Origin: an uncultured virus (IMG/VR IMGVR_UViG_3300009370_000013)
Taxonomy: Duplodnaviria > Heunggongvirae > Uroviricota > Caudoviricetes
Reading direction: 5' to 3' (one strand)
Length of the DNA stretch: 64,000 nucleotides
Virus record (IMG/VR): IMGVR_UViG_3300009370_000013
The position numbers and the translations under genes are program-made. Shown here piece after piece: positions 9,107 through 17,368 of the stretch. Within the stretch, counting starts at the first letter, position 1. Each line of letters opens with the position of its first letter. The notes under the pieces are model-generated. The model worked only from the letters and a program-made list of their open reading frames with translations, was not told where the DNA came from and did not search any database.

Positions 9107-9637
9107 ATGTATTTTGCTCAATTTCCAAAATTAGTCTATGATATAAAAGGCAATAATAATTATAAGGTTGTGCCTGATATATTCAGAAGAATAAAAGTAA
9201 AAAATAAAATAAAAGATAACGTACCATTGTTAGATAAGTATGAGGTAAAAGATGGCGAAACTCCTGAAAGTTTAGCATATAAAGTATATGGCAATTCAAA
9301 TTATCATTGGATTATTTTATTGTTAAATGATATTACAAATATCTATTACGATTGGCCACTCTCTAGTATTGCATTTAATGAATTTGTTAATGACAAATAT
9401 GATGATCCAGGCGCAATACATCATTATGAAAAAGTACAATCAAGTGGTAGACAAATAGGTAATGGACCTGAAGATTATTCCCATATGATAGAGTGCAATT
9501 CAACGGACACAGGTGCAGGTCCAGTTACTAATTTTGAATATGAAATGAGAATACAGAATAAGAAAAGATTAATTAAAATATTAGATACGACATATGTTGG
9601 AACTTTTGTTGAAGAATTTAGAAGTTTGATAAGATAA
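9107..9637 (+). CDS. gp53: baseplate wedge subunit (gp53-like, LysM-like)
   Basis: MYFAQFP, Y.VKDGETPE.LA.KVYG...YHWIILL.N, DWPL, HHYE, VTNFEYE...N.KR.IK. Confidence 0.9.
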   Translation: MYFAQFPKLVYDIKGNNNYKVVPDIFRRIKVKNKIKDNVPLLDKYEVKDGETPESLAYKVYGNSNYHWIILLLNDITNIYYDWPLSSIAFNEFVNDKYDDPGAIHHYEKVQSSGRQIGNGPEDYSHMIECNSTDTGAGPVTNFEYEMRIQNKKRLIKILDTTYVGTFVEEFRSLIR

Positions 9638-9641
9638 TGAT

Positions 9642-11156
9642 ATGGCAAACGATAATAGAATAATACGTCCAGGTGATTATACTTTAACCAAAGCAGAAAT
9701 ATTATCTTACAGATTGGTTGATGGTGAACAACCATTTAGAATAGATATTAGAGGTATAATTGCTACAATATCATTAACTGAAAACATTGAGAATCCATTT
9801 ATGGAAGGTGTCATACAACTTTATGACGCAAATGATATACGTACATTATTACCTATCACAGGTTTAGAAAGATTACATTTAAGATTTAATACCCCAGGTG
9901 TTAGCGGAGTAAATGCCGTTGCTCCTACAGGTGATCCATTCTACATTTACAAAATAGAAACAGTCAAAGAAGACCAATCAGCAAATAAAGTATTGATGTA
10001 CGATATACATTTTTGCTCAAAAGAAGCATATTATGATTCAATGAGAAAGGTAACAAAGGTTTATAATGGTAATCCTGAATTGGGAGTTGAGGATATAGTT
10101 AAAAGTAAGTTTTTTCTTAATAGTAAAAAGAGGTTGTTTGTTGAACCAACAAAAACTAAAACTAAAATGGTGATACCTAACTGTAGTCCTGTACAGGCAA
10201 TTAATTTATTAGGAAAGAAAAGTGAATCAAAAAAATATAATAATTCAGGTTATCTATTCTTTGAAACACCAGAAGGATTCCATTATAGAAGTATTGAATC
10301 TTTATTGGCAGTAGATGGAGTTACGGCTAGACCAACAAAATGGTGGTACAGTCCATCTATTAAAAACATACGTAATCCAAGAACTGGTGTGATAGAGATT
10401 CATAAAGGAATGCACCAAGTTGAAGATTGGCGATTAGATGATTCAGTTAATATATTGGACAATATAAGTTACGGTGCTTATTCAAGTAAGTTAATAGAAT
10501 TTGATCCCTTTTATAAAACCATTACGACAAATAAATTTAATTATATTAAAGATTGGTATGACCATTTTAATACTGAATCTAAAGATGTACGTAGTCCACA
10601 TTATAATACACCAATGCCATTACCTAAAGCAACGTTTGATGGTAATAAAAAATACATTGCAGAAGAATATGATTCCGTTGTTCATCTTAAATGTAGTACA
10701 TCAAATACCTATGGTATATCCATTGATAAGGATAGTCATAAGAATTTAACGCAACAATCCATATCTCAAAGAGGATTATTGCAACAAGGGTTACTGTCAT
10801 TGATAGTGCCAGGCAATAGTTTAATCCACGCAGGAGATGTGATAGAATTTGAAATGCCATTTTATAGACCAGTAGGGGATTCAAAACCACGAAGGTTAAA
10901 TCCACAATGGTCTGGACGATATTTGGTTGCTTCTATAAAACACGATATTGATACTTCCGAAAAGAGTGAATATCAAATGACTATCAATGCAGTTAAACAA
11001 ACACCTAAATTTGATTATCTTGCTGAGGAAGGTAGTTGGGCAGATGGAATAAAAGGTTGGGGTACATATGATATTAATAAATTGGATAAAAATATGGAAG
11101 TAAGAGCCGATAAAGCAAAGAATAGAAGACTACTCAATAGGATGAAAACTTTTTAA
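9642..11156 (+). CDS. baseplate hub protein (gp27-like position and fold)
   Basis: Between gp53 and gp5; LPI.G.E.L, FFET..GFHYRSIE.L, VPGN..I.AGDVI, SG.YLV..IKH motifs of hub proteins. Confidence 0.6.
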   Translation: MANDNRIIRPGDYTLTKAEILSYRLVDGEQPFRIDIRGIIATISLTENIENPFMEGVIQLYDANDIRTLLPITGLERLHLRFNTPGVSGVNAVAPTGDPFYIYKIETVKEDQSANKVLMYDIHFCSKEAYYDSMRKVTKVYNGNPELGVEDIVKSKFFLNSKKRLFVEPTKTKTKMVIPNCSPVQAINLLGKKSESKKYNNSGYLFFETPEGFHYRSIESLLAVDGVTARPTKWWYSPSIKNIRNPRTGVIEIHKGMHQVEDWRLDDSVNILDNISYGAYSSKLIEFDPFYKTITTNKFNYIKDWYDHFNTESKDVRSPHYNTPMPLPKATFDGNKKYIAEEYDSVVHLKCSTSNTYGISIDKDSHKNLTQQSISQRGLLQQGLLSLIVPGNSLIHAGDVIEFEMPFYRPVGDSKPRRLNPQWSGRYLVASIKHDIDTSEKSEYQMTINAVKQTPKFDYLAEEGSWADGIKGWGTYDINKLDKNMEVRADKAKNRRLLNRMKTF

Positions 11157-11285
11157 TTATGAGAACAACTGAAAGACCCTCGGAGATTCGCAAAATTTTG
11201 GGGTTTGCTAACGCAAGACGTGTAAGAACTACCACTCCAGCAGGTCTCTTTAGAGAATATGACAGAACTATGACACAGCATATTA

Positions 11286-11300
11286 GAACAAATATAGAAC
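11286..11300 (+). promoter_or_regulatory. candidate alphaproteobacterial LexA (SOS) box GAAC-N7-GAAC
   Basis: GAAC aaatata GAAC, 18 nt upstream of a TTGACA -35. Confidence 0.5.
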
Positions 11301-11318
11301 AACTCCGAACTTCACCCA

Positions 11319-11347
11319 TTGACAATGTGAGCGGAATAGTGTATAAC
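11319..11347 (+). promoter_or_regulatory. sigma70-type promoter TTGACA-N17-TATAAC
   Basis: Consensus -35, exact 17 nt spacer, 5/6 -10 match. Confidence 0.7.
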
Positions 11348-11476
11348 GCAGACCAACTGAGCAGACCACAGCAAGGTCGCCAGGTATACCTAAGCGAGTA
11401 CAGCCACATTGCGAAGCCACACAGCCATCCGACGGTAACCAAGATGTGTTCGGATTGGCTATTAGGTACAATAATA

Positions 11477-11633
11477 CCTTTTACGCAAAGGTGCGTAAAG
11501 AGTGCGTAAAGAACTCGGAAGGTACGCAAACTCGCCTGCGTAAAGGAAATAGTTTACGCAGAATGCACACGAACCTGCGTAAAGGTTGCGTAAAGGATAA
11601 CTAAATAATATTATATTGCGTAAGTGCTACGCA
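11477..11633. repeat. array of ten TGCGTA(AAG) motifs in mixed orientation
   Basis: Forward copies at 11492, 11503, 11537, 11576, 11587, 11617; reverse (TACGCA) at 11482, 11523, 11555, 11628. Confidence 0.85.
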
Positions 11634-11664
11634 TTAAAAGAAAAACAATATGGGAAAAAACTAA

Positions 11665-12762
11665 ATGGCCACGACAAATATTTTAGGATTTCAGAACTTC
11701 ATTTACTTTCACGGTGTCGTTGAAGATAGAAACGACCCAATGCAGGTTGGCCGAGTGCGAGTGCGTTGTCTTGGCATACATACAGATGATAAAGAAGTTT
11801 TGTCTACAGAAGATTTACCTTGGGCGCAAGTCATACTGCCTGTTACATCACCAGGCATAAGCGGTCTTGGACACTCGCCGACCTTTTTGGTTGAAGGCAG
11901 TTGGGTCTTTGGATATTTTAGAGATGGCGCAAGTTGTCAAGAGCCGTGTGTAATTGGTTCAATGCCAGGCAATCCCATTGCGAAAGGCGACTCTACAAAA
12001 GGTTTTGCCGACCCGAATGACATTTATCCTAAACATATAGGTGAGAGTGATGTCAATAGACTGGCGGTGAACAGTACTAGTACTCCTCACGAAAGTTTAA
12101 CATTGCGTAAAGAATTGCGGACTAAAGGCGTACCGACGGCAGACTTTAACGCAACGAAGGCAAGCAATTATTCCGATATGCCTGCAAGTGATGGTGACAC
12201 CTGGGATGAAAATGAAATTACCTATAACGCTGTTTATCCTCATAACAAAGTTTATGAAAGTGAACAAGGGCATATTTTTGAAATAGACGATTCAGTTGGC
12301 ACCGAAAGAATTTATCAGGCGCATAGAAAAGGCACCTCTTATGAAATTGATCCTGAAGGCAACATTACTTACCTTAACAAAAAAGATATTTACAGTATTA
12401 CAACAGGTGACAGTCGTTACAGTATCGGCGGGAAAAGTGACATTACTATAGATGGTCGCCACAAGATTTTTATTAACAAAAGCCAACAAGCCAATAACAA
12501 TTACGATATACAAATAGGTCCCAATGCCAATGTGAATATACAAGTGGACAAAGGCAATATCAATTTGGTCACCGTAGAAGGCAACATCAATGTCAATAGT
12601 GGAGGTGATTATAATTTGAAAGTAAAAGGCAACTACTCTTCTGTCATAGAAGGCTATAAATCAGAAATCATTGAAGGCACGAAGACATCAAGTACCACAG
12701 GCGCTGTCGTACACAAAGGGTCTACAATTGACTTAAACCCAGGCAGTATGCCAGGTCAATAA
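11665..12762 (+). CDS. gp5: baseplate central spike (gp5-like: OB-fold plus beta-helix, no lysozyme domain)
   Basis: GVVEDRNDP..GRVRVRCLG.H, LPWA, GSWVFGYFRDG..Q.P, YP.NKV.ESE.GH.FE.DD. Confidence 0.9.
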   Translation: MATTNILGFQNFIYFHGVVEDRNDPMQVGRVRVRCLGIHTDDKEVLSTEDLPWAQVILPVTSPGISGLGHSPTFLVEGSWVFGYFRDGASCQEPCVIGSMPGNPIAKGDSTKGFADPNDIYPKHIGESDVNRLAVNSTSTPHESLTLRKELRTKGVPTADFNATKASNYSDMPASDGDTWDENEITYNAVYPHNKVYESEQGHIFEIDDSVGTERIYQAHRKGTSYEIDPEGNITYLNKKDIYSITTGDSRYSIGGKSDITIDGRHKIFINKSQQANNNYDIQIGPNANVNIQVDKGNINLVTVEGNINVNSGGDYNLKVKGNYSSVIEGYKSEIIEGTKTSSTTGAVVHKGSTIDLNPGSMPGQ

Positions 12763-12933
12763 CATATATATTCAACTCAAAAATAAACCAAAACGGAATC
12801 TGAAAAACGAGGCCAGAGAAAACGCATTTGTTTAAAAAATTAAAAAATTTAAACTATAAATGCAATAACAGACACAAACAATATACACACTTCCTTTTCC
12901 AGAAAAAAACCGGCCAGCATAAATATCTCTATA

Positions 12934-13302
12934 ATGTCCATTACAAAAGAATCATACGCCGACTTAAAAGAGTACTGGGACTTTCAACGTAAGATAGAAT
13001 ACAATAAAGAGAAACTTCGGTTGATGTCCAAAGAAATGCACGGTAAAGTGTATAACCAAATGGGGTTAATGTCCGAGCAAGAACTCTTTGATAGTATCTG
13101 GACTAAACTTCCACAAGAGGCCTATGAAACACCAAGTGTTAATTGGATACCAGAAAATGAGGATTACAGATTTGAATGGGAAGGCGAACCCAAAGACCAA
13201 GTTAAAGCAATCCCATATTCTGGAGCCGATACAAAGCCAGGACGTAAAGTAGTCCTACGTGCAAGAAATAAATTAGATGAGGTTTTTCCTTGGGATGATT
13301 AG
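12934..13302 (+). CDS. hypothetical protein
   Basis: 122 aa ORF preceded by a CATAAATA late-like motif. Confidence 0.6.
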   Translation: MSITKESYADLKEYWDFQRKIEYNKEKLRLMSKEMHGKVYNQMGLMSEQELFDSIWTKLPQEAYETPSVNWIPENEDYRFEWEGEPKDQVKAIPYSGADTKPGRKVVLRARNKLDEVFPWDD

Positions 13303-13426
13303 CGTTTATATACTATTCATTGTATTTGTTATAATGGCTGTAATTCTTGGAAACTTATAAATTATATATAGACGTGTAGTGTCTGCAAGAATGCTCCAAG
13401 TACCTAAGCACCAAAAACGTCAAATT

Positions 13427-13702
13427 TCAATATCTCTTTCCTTTTACATAGTTTTTATTCCACAAATAGATATAATGTCCTTGTCTTTTATACGTAATAG
13501 TTAAAGGTTTCCATCTGTCGTGTAAACGTAATGTTTTTATATAGGCAATACAATATTCTGGTTCCCAATCTACAATTCTTACACGAAATGGTTGTTTACT
13601 ATATAAGGCTTTTTGGCAGTAAACGATAAAGTCTACGTCAGCAAAGGTGTGACTATGATGGCTTGATTCTATGATGATTTTGTTTTTAGACGGTACAACC
13701 AT
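13427..13702 (-). CDS. hypothetical protein
   Basis: 91 aa ORF directly downstream of a late and a sigma70 promoter on the minus strand. Confidence 0.55.
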   Translation of the reverse strand: MVVPSKNKIIIESSHHSHTFADVDFIVYCQKALYSKQPFRVRIVDWEPEYCIAYIKTLRLHDRWKPLTITYKRQGHYIYLWNKNYVKGKRY

Positions 13703-13712
13703 TCTAAAGTTA

Positions 13713-13720
13713 TATTTATA
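13713..13720 (-). promoter_or_regulatory. T4-type late promoter TATAAATA
   Basis: tatttata on + strand, 10 nt before ATG 13702. Confidence 0.6.
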
Positions 13721-13722
13721 AG

Positions 13723-13751
13723 AGTATACTGCTTATTGCAGTAAATGTCAA
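13723..13751 (-). promoter_or_regulatory. sigma70-type promoter TTGACA-N17-TATACT
   Basis: Reverse complement reads TTGACA tttactgcaataagcag TATACT. Confidence 0.75.
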
Positions 13752-13810
13752 GTCTGAAATTTTTGCGAATCTGAATCAATCGTAGTACCTCTAAGCGTGG
13801 GCGCAGGTCT

Positions 13811-13818
13811 TATAAATA
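13811..13818 (+). promoter_or_regulatory. T4-type late promoter TATAAATA
   Basis: Exact motif followed by AGGAG RBS; heads the 13838-18228 gene run. Confidence 0.7.
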
Positions 13819-13837
13819 GTATTATAGGAGATTATGT

Positions 13838-14275
13838 ATGAATAAAAGTAATGTTAATATTATGGAGACCTTTGCACAAAAAATAGCGCAAGAACAAGAC
13901 GCAGGTATCTATCCTGCTACGTATGACTTTAACGCAAGTCCTAAAGATTCCAAATTTTTAGATGATATCGCAAACAACACACCCAACTCGGGTATGTTTG
14001 ATTCAGTCAAGAAAAAATCAAAAAAGAAAAAACATCAAGTCATTAACTTAAATAACTATGAACGTTATTGGGATAACTCAACACCCACAGGACACCAAAT
14101 AAGAATAATATGTCAAGATGATTCTACTTTAACACTCAATCTGAATTGGCCGAAAGGATATAACCCACGAATACACGATATAGACGAAAGGACAATATAT
14201 GGCGGAATTAAAAGCAAATCACAAAGACTTAAAAAGAAAAGTAAATCTACAGGAGGCAGTAAGAAAGAACGATAG
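13838..14275 (+). CDS. hypothetical protein
   Basis: RBS and late promoter; 3' end overlaps the next ORF. Confidence 0.55.
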   Translation: MNKSNVNIMETFAQKIAQEQDAGIYPATYDFNASPKDSKFLDDIANNTPNSGMFDSVKKKSKKKKHQVINLNNYERYWDNSTPTGHQIRIICQDDSTLTLNLNWPKGYNPRIHDIDERTIYGGIKSKSQRLKKKSKSTGGSKKER

Positions 14276-14381
14276 GTCATTTACTTCTTGGCGAGAATTG
14301 AAAGACTTAAAGAAAATGAAACTCGCATTGAAAGACAAACTACAGTATGAAAAACGCAACACAACAATTTCTAAAGTATAG
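14199..14381 (+). CDS. small coiled-coil protein (DUF465/YdcH-like)
   Basis: LKANHKDL...LKDLKKMKLALKDKL pattern; AAGGA RBS. Confidence 0.5.
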   Translation: MAELKANHKDLKRKVNLQEAVRKNDRSFTSWRELKDLKKMKLALKDKLQYEKRNTTISKV

Positions 14382-14829
14382 ACCAAACGCACAATACATA
14401 GAAAAGGTTGAACATAGACCGAATAGTAATTATCAAAGACGTGAGTGTATTACTATGTCCGTTGTAGAAGCAAAAAACTTTGGTACGAAGTTTATTACAG
14501 GTTGGTTGGTTGATAATTATAATGAAAGTATCAATGCAACACCAATCATCCATCATTGTTGGAACATAGATAAAGGAGTGCATTATGATACGATACCAAA
14601 AAAAGAAACTAAATATGATTACGTTATGGATCCAGATGTTAACAAACCTTATAGTTATCAAGGCATATATTATATCTCACCAGTAATATATTTAACAGAT
14701 ACAGAACTAAAGATAATAGTACGTGATGGACGAAAAGCAACGATTACAGAAGAAGAACATAAAAGGTTTTATAATGAAAGACAACAAGAAGCAGTTTTAC
14801 AAAAAATGGATAAAATAAGGAAAGAATAA
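14347..14829 (+). CDS. hypothetical protein
   Basis: 160 aa ORF with C...GW...HHCWN...YD.T motif (possibly transglutaminase-like Cys/His/Asp). Confidence 0.55.
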   Translation: MKNATQQFLKYRPNAQYIEKVEHRPNSNYQRRECITMSVVEAKNFGTKFITGWLVDNYNESINATPIIHHCWNIDKGVHYDTIPKKETKYDYVMDPDVNKPYSYQGIYYISPVIYLTDTELKIIVRDGRKATITEEEHKRFYNERQQEAVLQKMDKIRKE

Positions 14830-14831
14830 CT

Positions 14832-15017
14832 ATGTATGATGAAATGAATGGACTACAAGTACTATGGTACTTATTAACAAATTGGGAAGAAGGAAAGGGT
14901 CTTTGGTTGATAATTGGATTTGCAATGATTGTCTTATGTTTTTCAATATGGGCAGATAAACATTTTGATAATGACGGATACAAACCTAAACCAAATGAAT
15001 ATGATTATTGGATATGA
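14832..15017 (+). CDS. small membrane protein
   Basis: One hydrophobic helix; tight packing with neighbours. Confidence 0.5.
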   Translation: MYDEMNGLQVLWYLLTNWEEGKGLWLIIGFAMIVLCFSIWADKHFDNDGYKPKPNEYDYWI

Positions 15018-15790
15018 CAGATAATAACGATAAATTTAATCCACATTTTTTAAATCACCGTAAACATAAAGAGTTTATGCAACCTGTTGAAGACGAACAA
15101 AGGGGTGGTAATTTAAATTTTGGTCCTTATGTGGCAATGTATTATGTTCATCAAGAGTTATTAGAAGGACTTACTGAAAGAGGACAAAAACTAATACCAG
15201 GTTCAGTCAATGAAAACTTAGCAGGGATAATAGAAGACCAACGAGGTTTTGGTTTAGAAGATAAAAAATGGTTTATAAAAGAGTTTCAACGATACATTAA
15301 TGATTACGTTAAAGCGTCAGCGAACTATATTGGACAACCTTTTACAGAAGACCGATTTTCAACAAAATTTACACTTATGAACTTATGGATTAATTATATG
15401 AAAGAGAACGAAGCTAATCCTGAACATACACACGATGGAATGTTATCTTGGGTTATCTTTTTAAATACGCCAGACTTAACAGAAGAAAGAAAAAATTATA
15501 AAGGCAAGAGTTTTGGTCCAGGTGGTGTTACGTTTCATTATGGTGAACAAGCTAATCCAACTTGGGCAGAACACTCATATGGTTATAATCCTCAAATGGG
15601 TGGTATGTGGATATTTCCAGCACAATTAAGACATCAAGTAATTCCTTTTAAAACAAAAGGAACAAGAATAAGTGTATCAGGCAATTTATACTTTAATCAT
15701 CCTAAAGCTGAATCAAAGACACTTGAAGAAGTAAAATTAAAAAAAGAAGAAAGTAGCTTTGCTTCAAGAATAGCCGCTGAAATAAAGTAA
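15008..15790 (+). CDS. putative 2OG-Fe(II) oxygenase (TIGR02466-like)
   Basis: W.N......NPEHTH, LSWVIFL, IFPA.LRH.V.PF, RISVSGN. Confidence 0.8.
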   Translation: MDMTDNNDKFNPHFLNHRKHKEFMQPVEDEQRGGNLNFGPYVAMYYVHQELLEGLTERGQKLIPGSVNENLAGIIEDQRGFGLEDKKWFIKEFQRYINDYVKASANYIGQPFTEDRFSTKFTLMNLWINYMKENEANPEHTHDGMLSWVIFLNTPDLTEERKNYKGKSFGPGGVTFHYGEQANPTWAEHSYGYNPQMGGMWIFPAQLRHQVIPFKTKGTRISVSGNLYFNHPKAESKTLEEVKLKKEESSFASRIAAEIK

Positions 15791-16569
15791 TGAAACAAGA
15801 AGCGTTGCAATGGTTTATGGAGTTGCAAAAGTTAATTTGTCAGACTATTGAAGAGTTAGAAACTAAAGCAAAATTTAAAGATAACAAATGGAAATTTGGT
15901 AACTTTAAAACAATTAAAGGTGATGTGATTGAAAAGGGAGGTGTCACCTTTAGTAATGTTGTAGGTAAGTTTCCAAAAGACTTTGCAAAAGAAATCCCTG
16001 GTACAAAACATAGTAGAAACTTCTGGTCAACAGGAGTATCAGTAGTATTACATCCAAAGAATCCTAAAGTACCTGCAATACATTTTAATACAAGATATAT
16101 TGAAACAGAAAAAAGTTGGTTTGGTGGTGGTACAGATATGACACCGTGTTTGAAAGATGATGTAGAAAGAAATTTATGGCATTACAGATTAAAACAATTA
16201 TGTGATAGACATAATAAACTTTATTACAAAACATATAAGAAATGGTGTGATGAGTATTTTTATTTACCCCATAGAGAAGAAACAAGAGGTGTAGGTGGTA
16301 TCTTCTTTGATTACAAATATGGTAAGAAACATTTTGAATTTGTTAAAGATGTTGGTAGAACCTTTTGTCAATTACTTAAAGAGATTATAACACCAAAGAT
16401 GAATTTAAAATATACGAAGCAAGATAAATACACACAACTATTAAAACGTGGACGATACGTTGAATTTAATTTAATGTATGATAGAGGAACAAAGTTTGGA
16501 TTGAGAAGTGGAGGAAATCCTGAAGCAATATTAATGTCTATGCCACCAGGTGCGATATGGGAAGAATAA
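15790..16569 (+). CDS. hemF: oxygen-dependent coproporphyrinogen III oxidase
   Basis: EKGGV.FS.V.G, TGVS.VLHPKNP.VP..HFN.RY, WFGGG.D.TP, KKWCDEYFYLPHR.E.RGVGGIFFD, RGRYVEFNL.YDRGTKFGL. Confidence 0.95.
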   Translation: MKQEALQWFMELQKLICQTIEELETKAKFKDNKWKFGNFKTIKGDVIEKGGVTFSNVVGKFPKDFAKEIPGTKHSRNFWSTGVSVVLHPKNPKVPAIHFNTRYIETEKSWFGGGTDMTPCLKDDVERNLWHYRLKQLCDRHNKLYYKTYKKWCDEYFYLPHREETRGVGGIFFDYKYGKKHFEFVKDVGRTFCQLLKEIITPKMNLKYTKQDKYTQLLKRGRYVEFNLMYDRGTKFGLRSGGNPEAILMSMPPGAIWEE

Positions 16570-16573
16570 TATA

Positions 16574-17368
16574 ATGAGATTAATACAACCGATATTCGCC
16601 AGTAATACTACAAGAGAAACTGGACTAGGAGAAGATAATAAAATCTTTAATGCAAAAGAAGTTAAAGAACGTGTTAAGAAAGATATTGATTTAGGAGTAA
16701 AAGAATTTCTTTTATTTTACATACCTGAATTAAAGTTATTTAACTTTGAGGAAGTTTGTTTAACTGCCGCTAGTCTTTCAACGTTACCTATAAAATTAAA
16801 TGTTGATGTATGTTTATGTTCTTACACGCAAGACGGACATTGTTGTGTAACAGGAGACCAAGAAAAAACAGATGACCTATTACTACAATCAGCCGTAGAG
16901 ATTTACACAGCGTCAGGTGCTACAGTAGCGCCAAGTGATTGTCAAGACAATACAGTTAAGAATATTAAATCAATTAATAATGGTCAGATACCTGTAATGA
17001 GTTATAGTACAAAATTTCGTTCAACATTTTATAGAGGTTGGCGTGATGTAATGAAGATACCAAAAGGTATTCATAGACCCTATCAATTAGATGTTAGCGA
17101 TAGACATAAGGCAATTGCAAGGTCTATAAAATATTCAGATGATGGCGCAGATGAATTAATGGTAAAACCTGGTATGACAAGTTTAGACTTAATTGAACCA
17201 ATAAGAAATATTACAAAGAAACCTGTAGGTGTATATCAAACATCTGGAGAATGGTTAGGTATTGGTGCGCCTGGTAGTTTAGAAGAAACATATCACATAT
17301 TCAAAAGAGCAGGTGCTTGTTATATGATAACTTATGGTGCAAGACGATTATGCCGACATCACTTATAA
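16574..17368 (+). CDS. hemB: porphobilinogen synthase (ALA dehydratase), shortened
   Basis: DVCLCSYT.DGHC Zn motif, APSD, MSYSTKF, YQLD, GAD.LMVKPG, YQ.SGE, KRAGA..ITY; alternative GTG start at 16550. Confidence 0.88.
   Translation: MRLIQPIFASNTTRETGLGEDNKIFNAKEVKERVKKDIDLGVKEFLLFYIPELKLFNFEEVCLTAASLSTLPIKLNVDVCLCSYTQDGHCCVTGDQEKTDDLLLQSAVEIYTASGATVAPSDCQDNTVKNIKSINNGQIPVMSYSTKFRSTFYRGWRDVMKIPKGIHRPYQLDVSDRHKAIARSIKYSDDGADELMVKPGMTSLDLIEPIRNITKKPVGVYQTSGEWLGIGAPGSLEETYHIFKRAGACYMITYGARRLCRHHL

Noticed and set aside
11324..11338. atgtgagcggaata resembles the lac operator half-site found in synthetic promoters
   Set aside because: Only a partial match with no second half-site and no vector sequence around it; considered coincidence
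11134..11529. Overlapping ORFs 11159..11509 (+), 11134..11529 (-) and 11283..11471 (-)
   Set aside because: No clear RBS, atypical composition, and they overlay a promoter, hairpins and repeats. They are treated as non-coding, although a small RepE-like origin protein cannot be excluded without a homology search.
11477..11633. Possible CRISPR or mini-array
   Set aside because: Repeats are 6-11 bp, in mixed orientation and irregularly spaced, with no spacer-sized units and no cas genes
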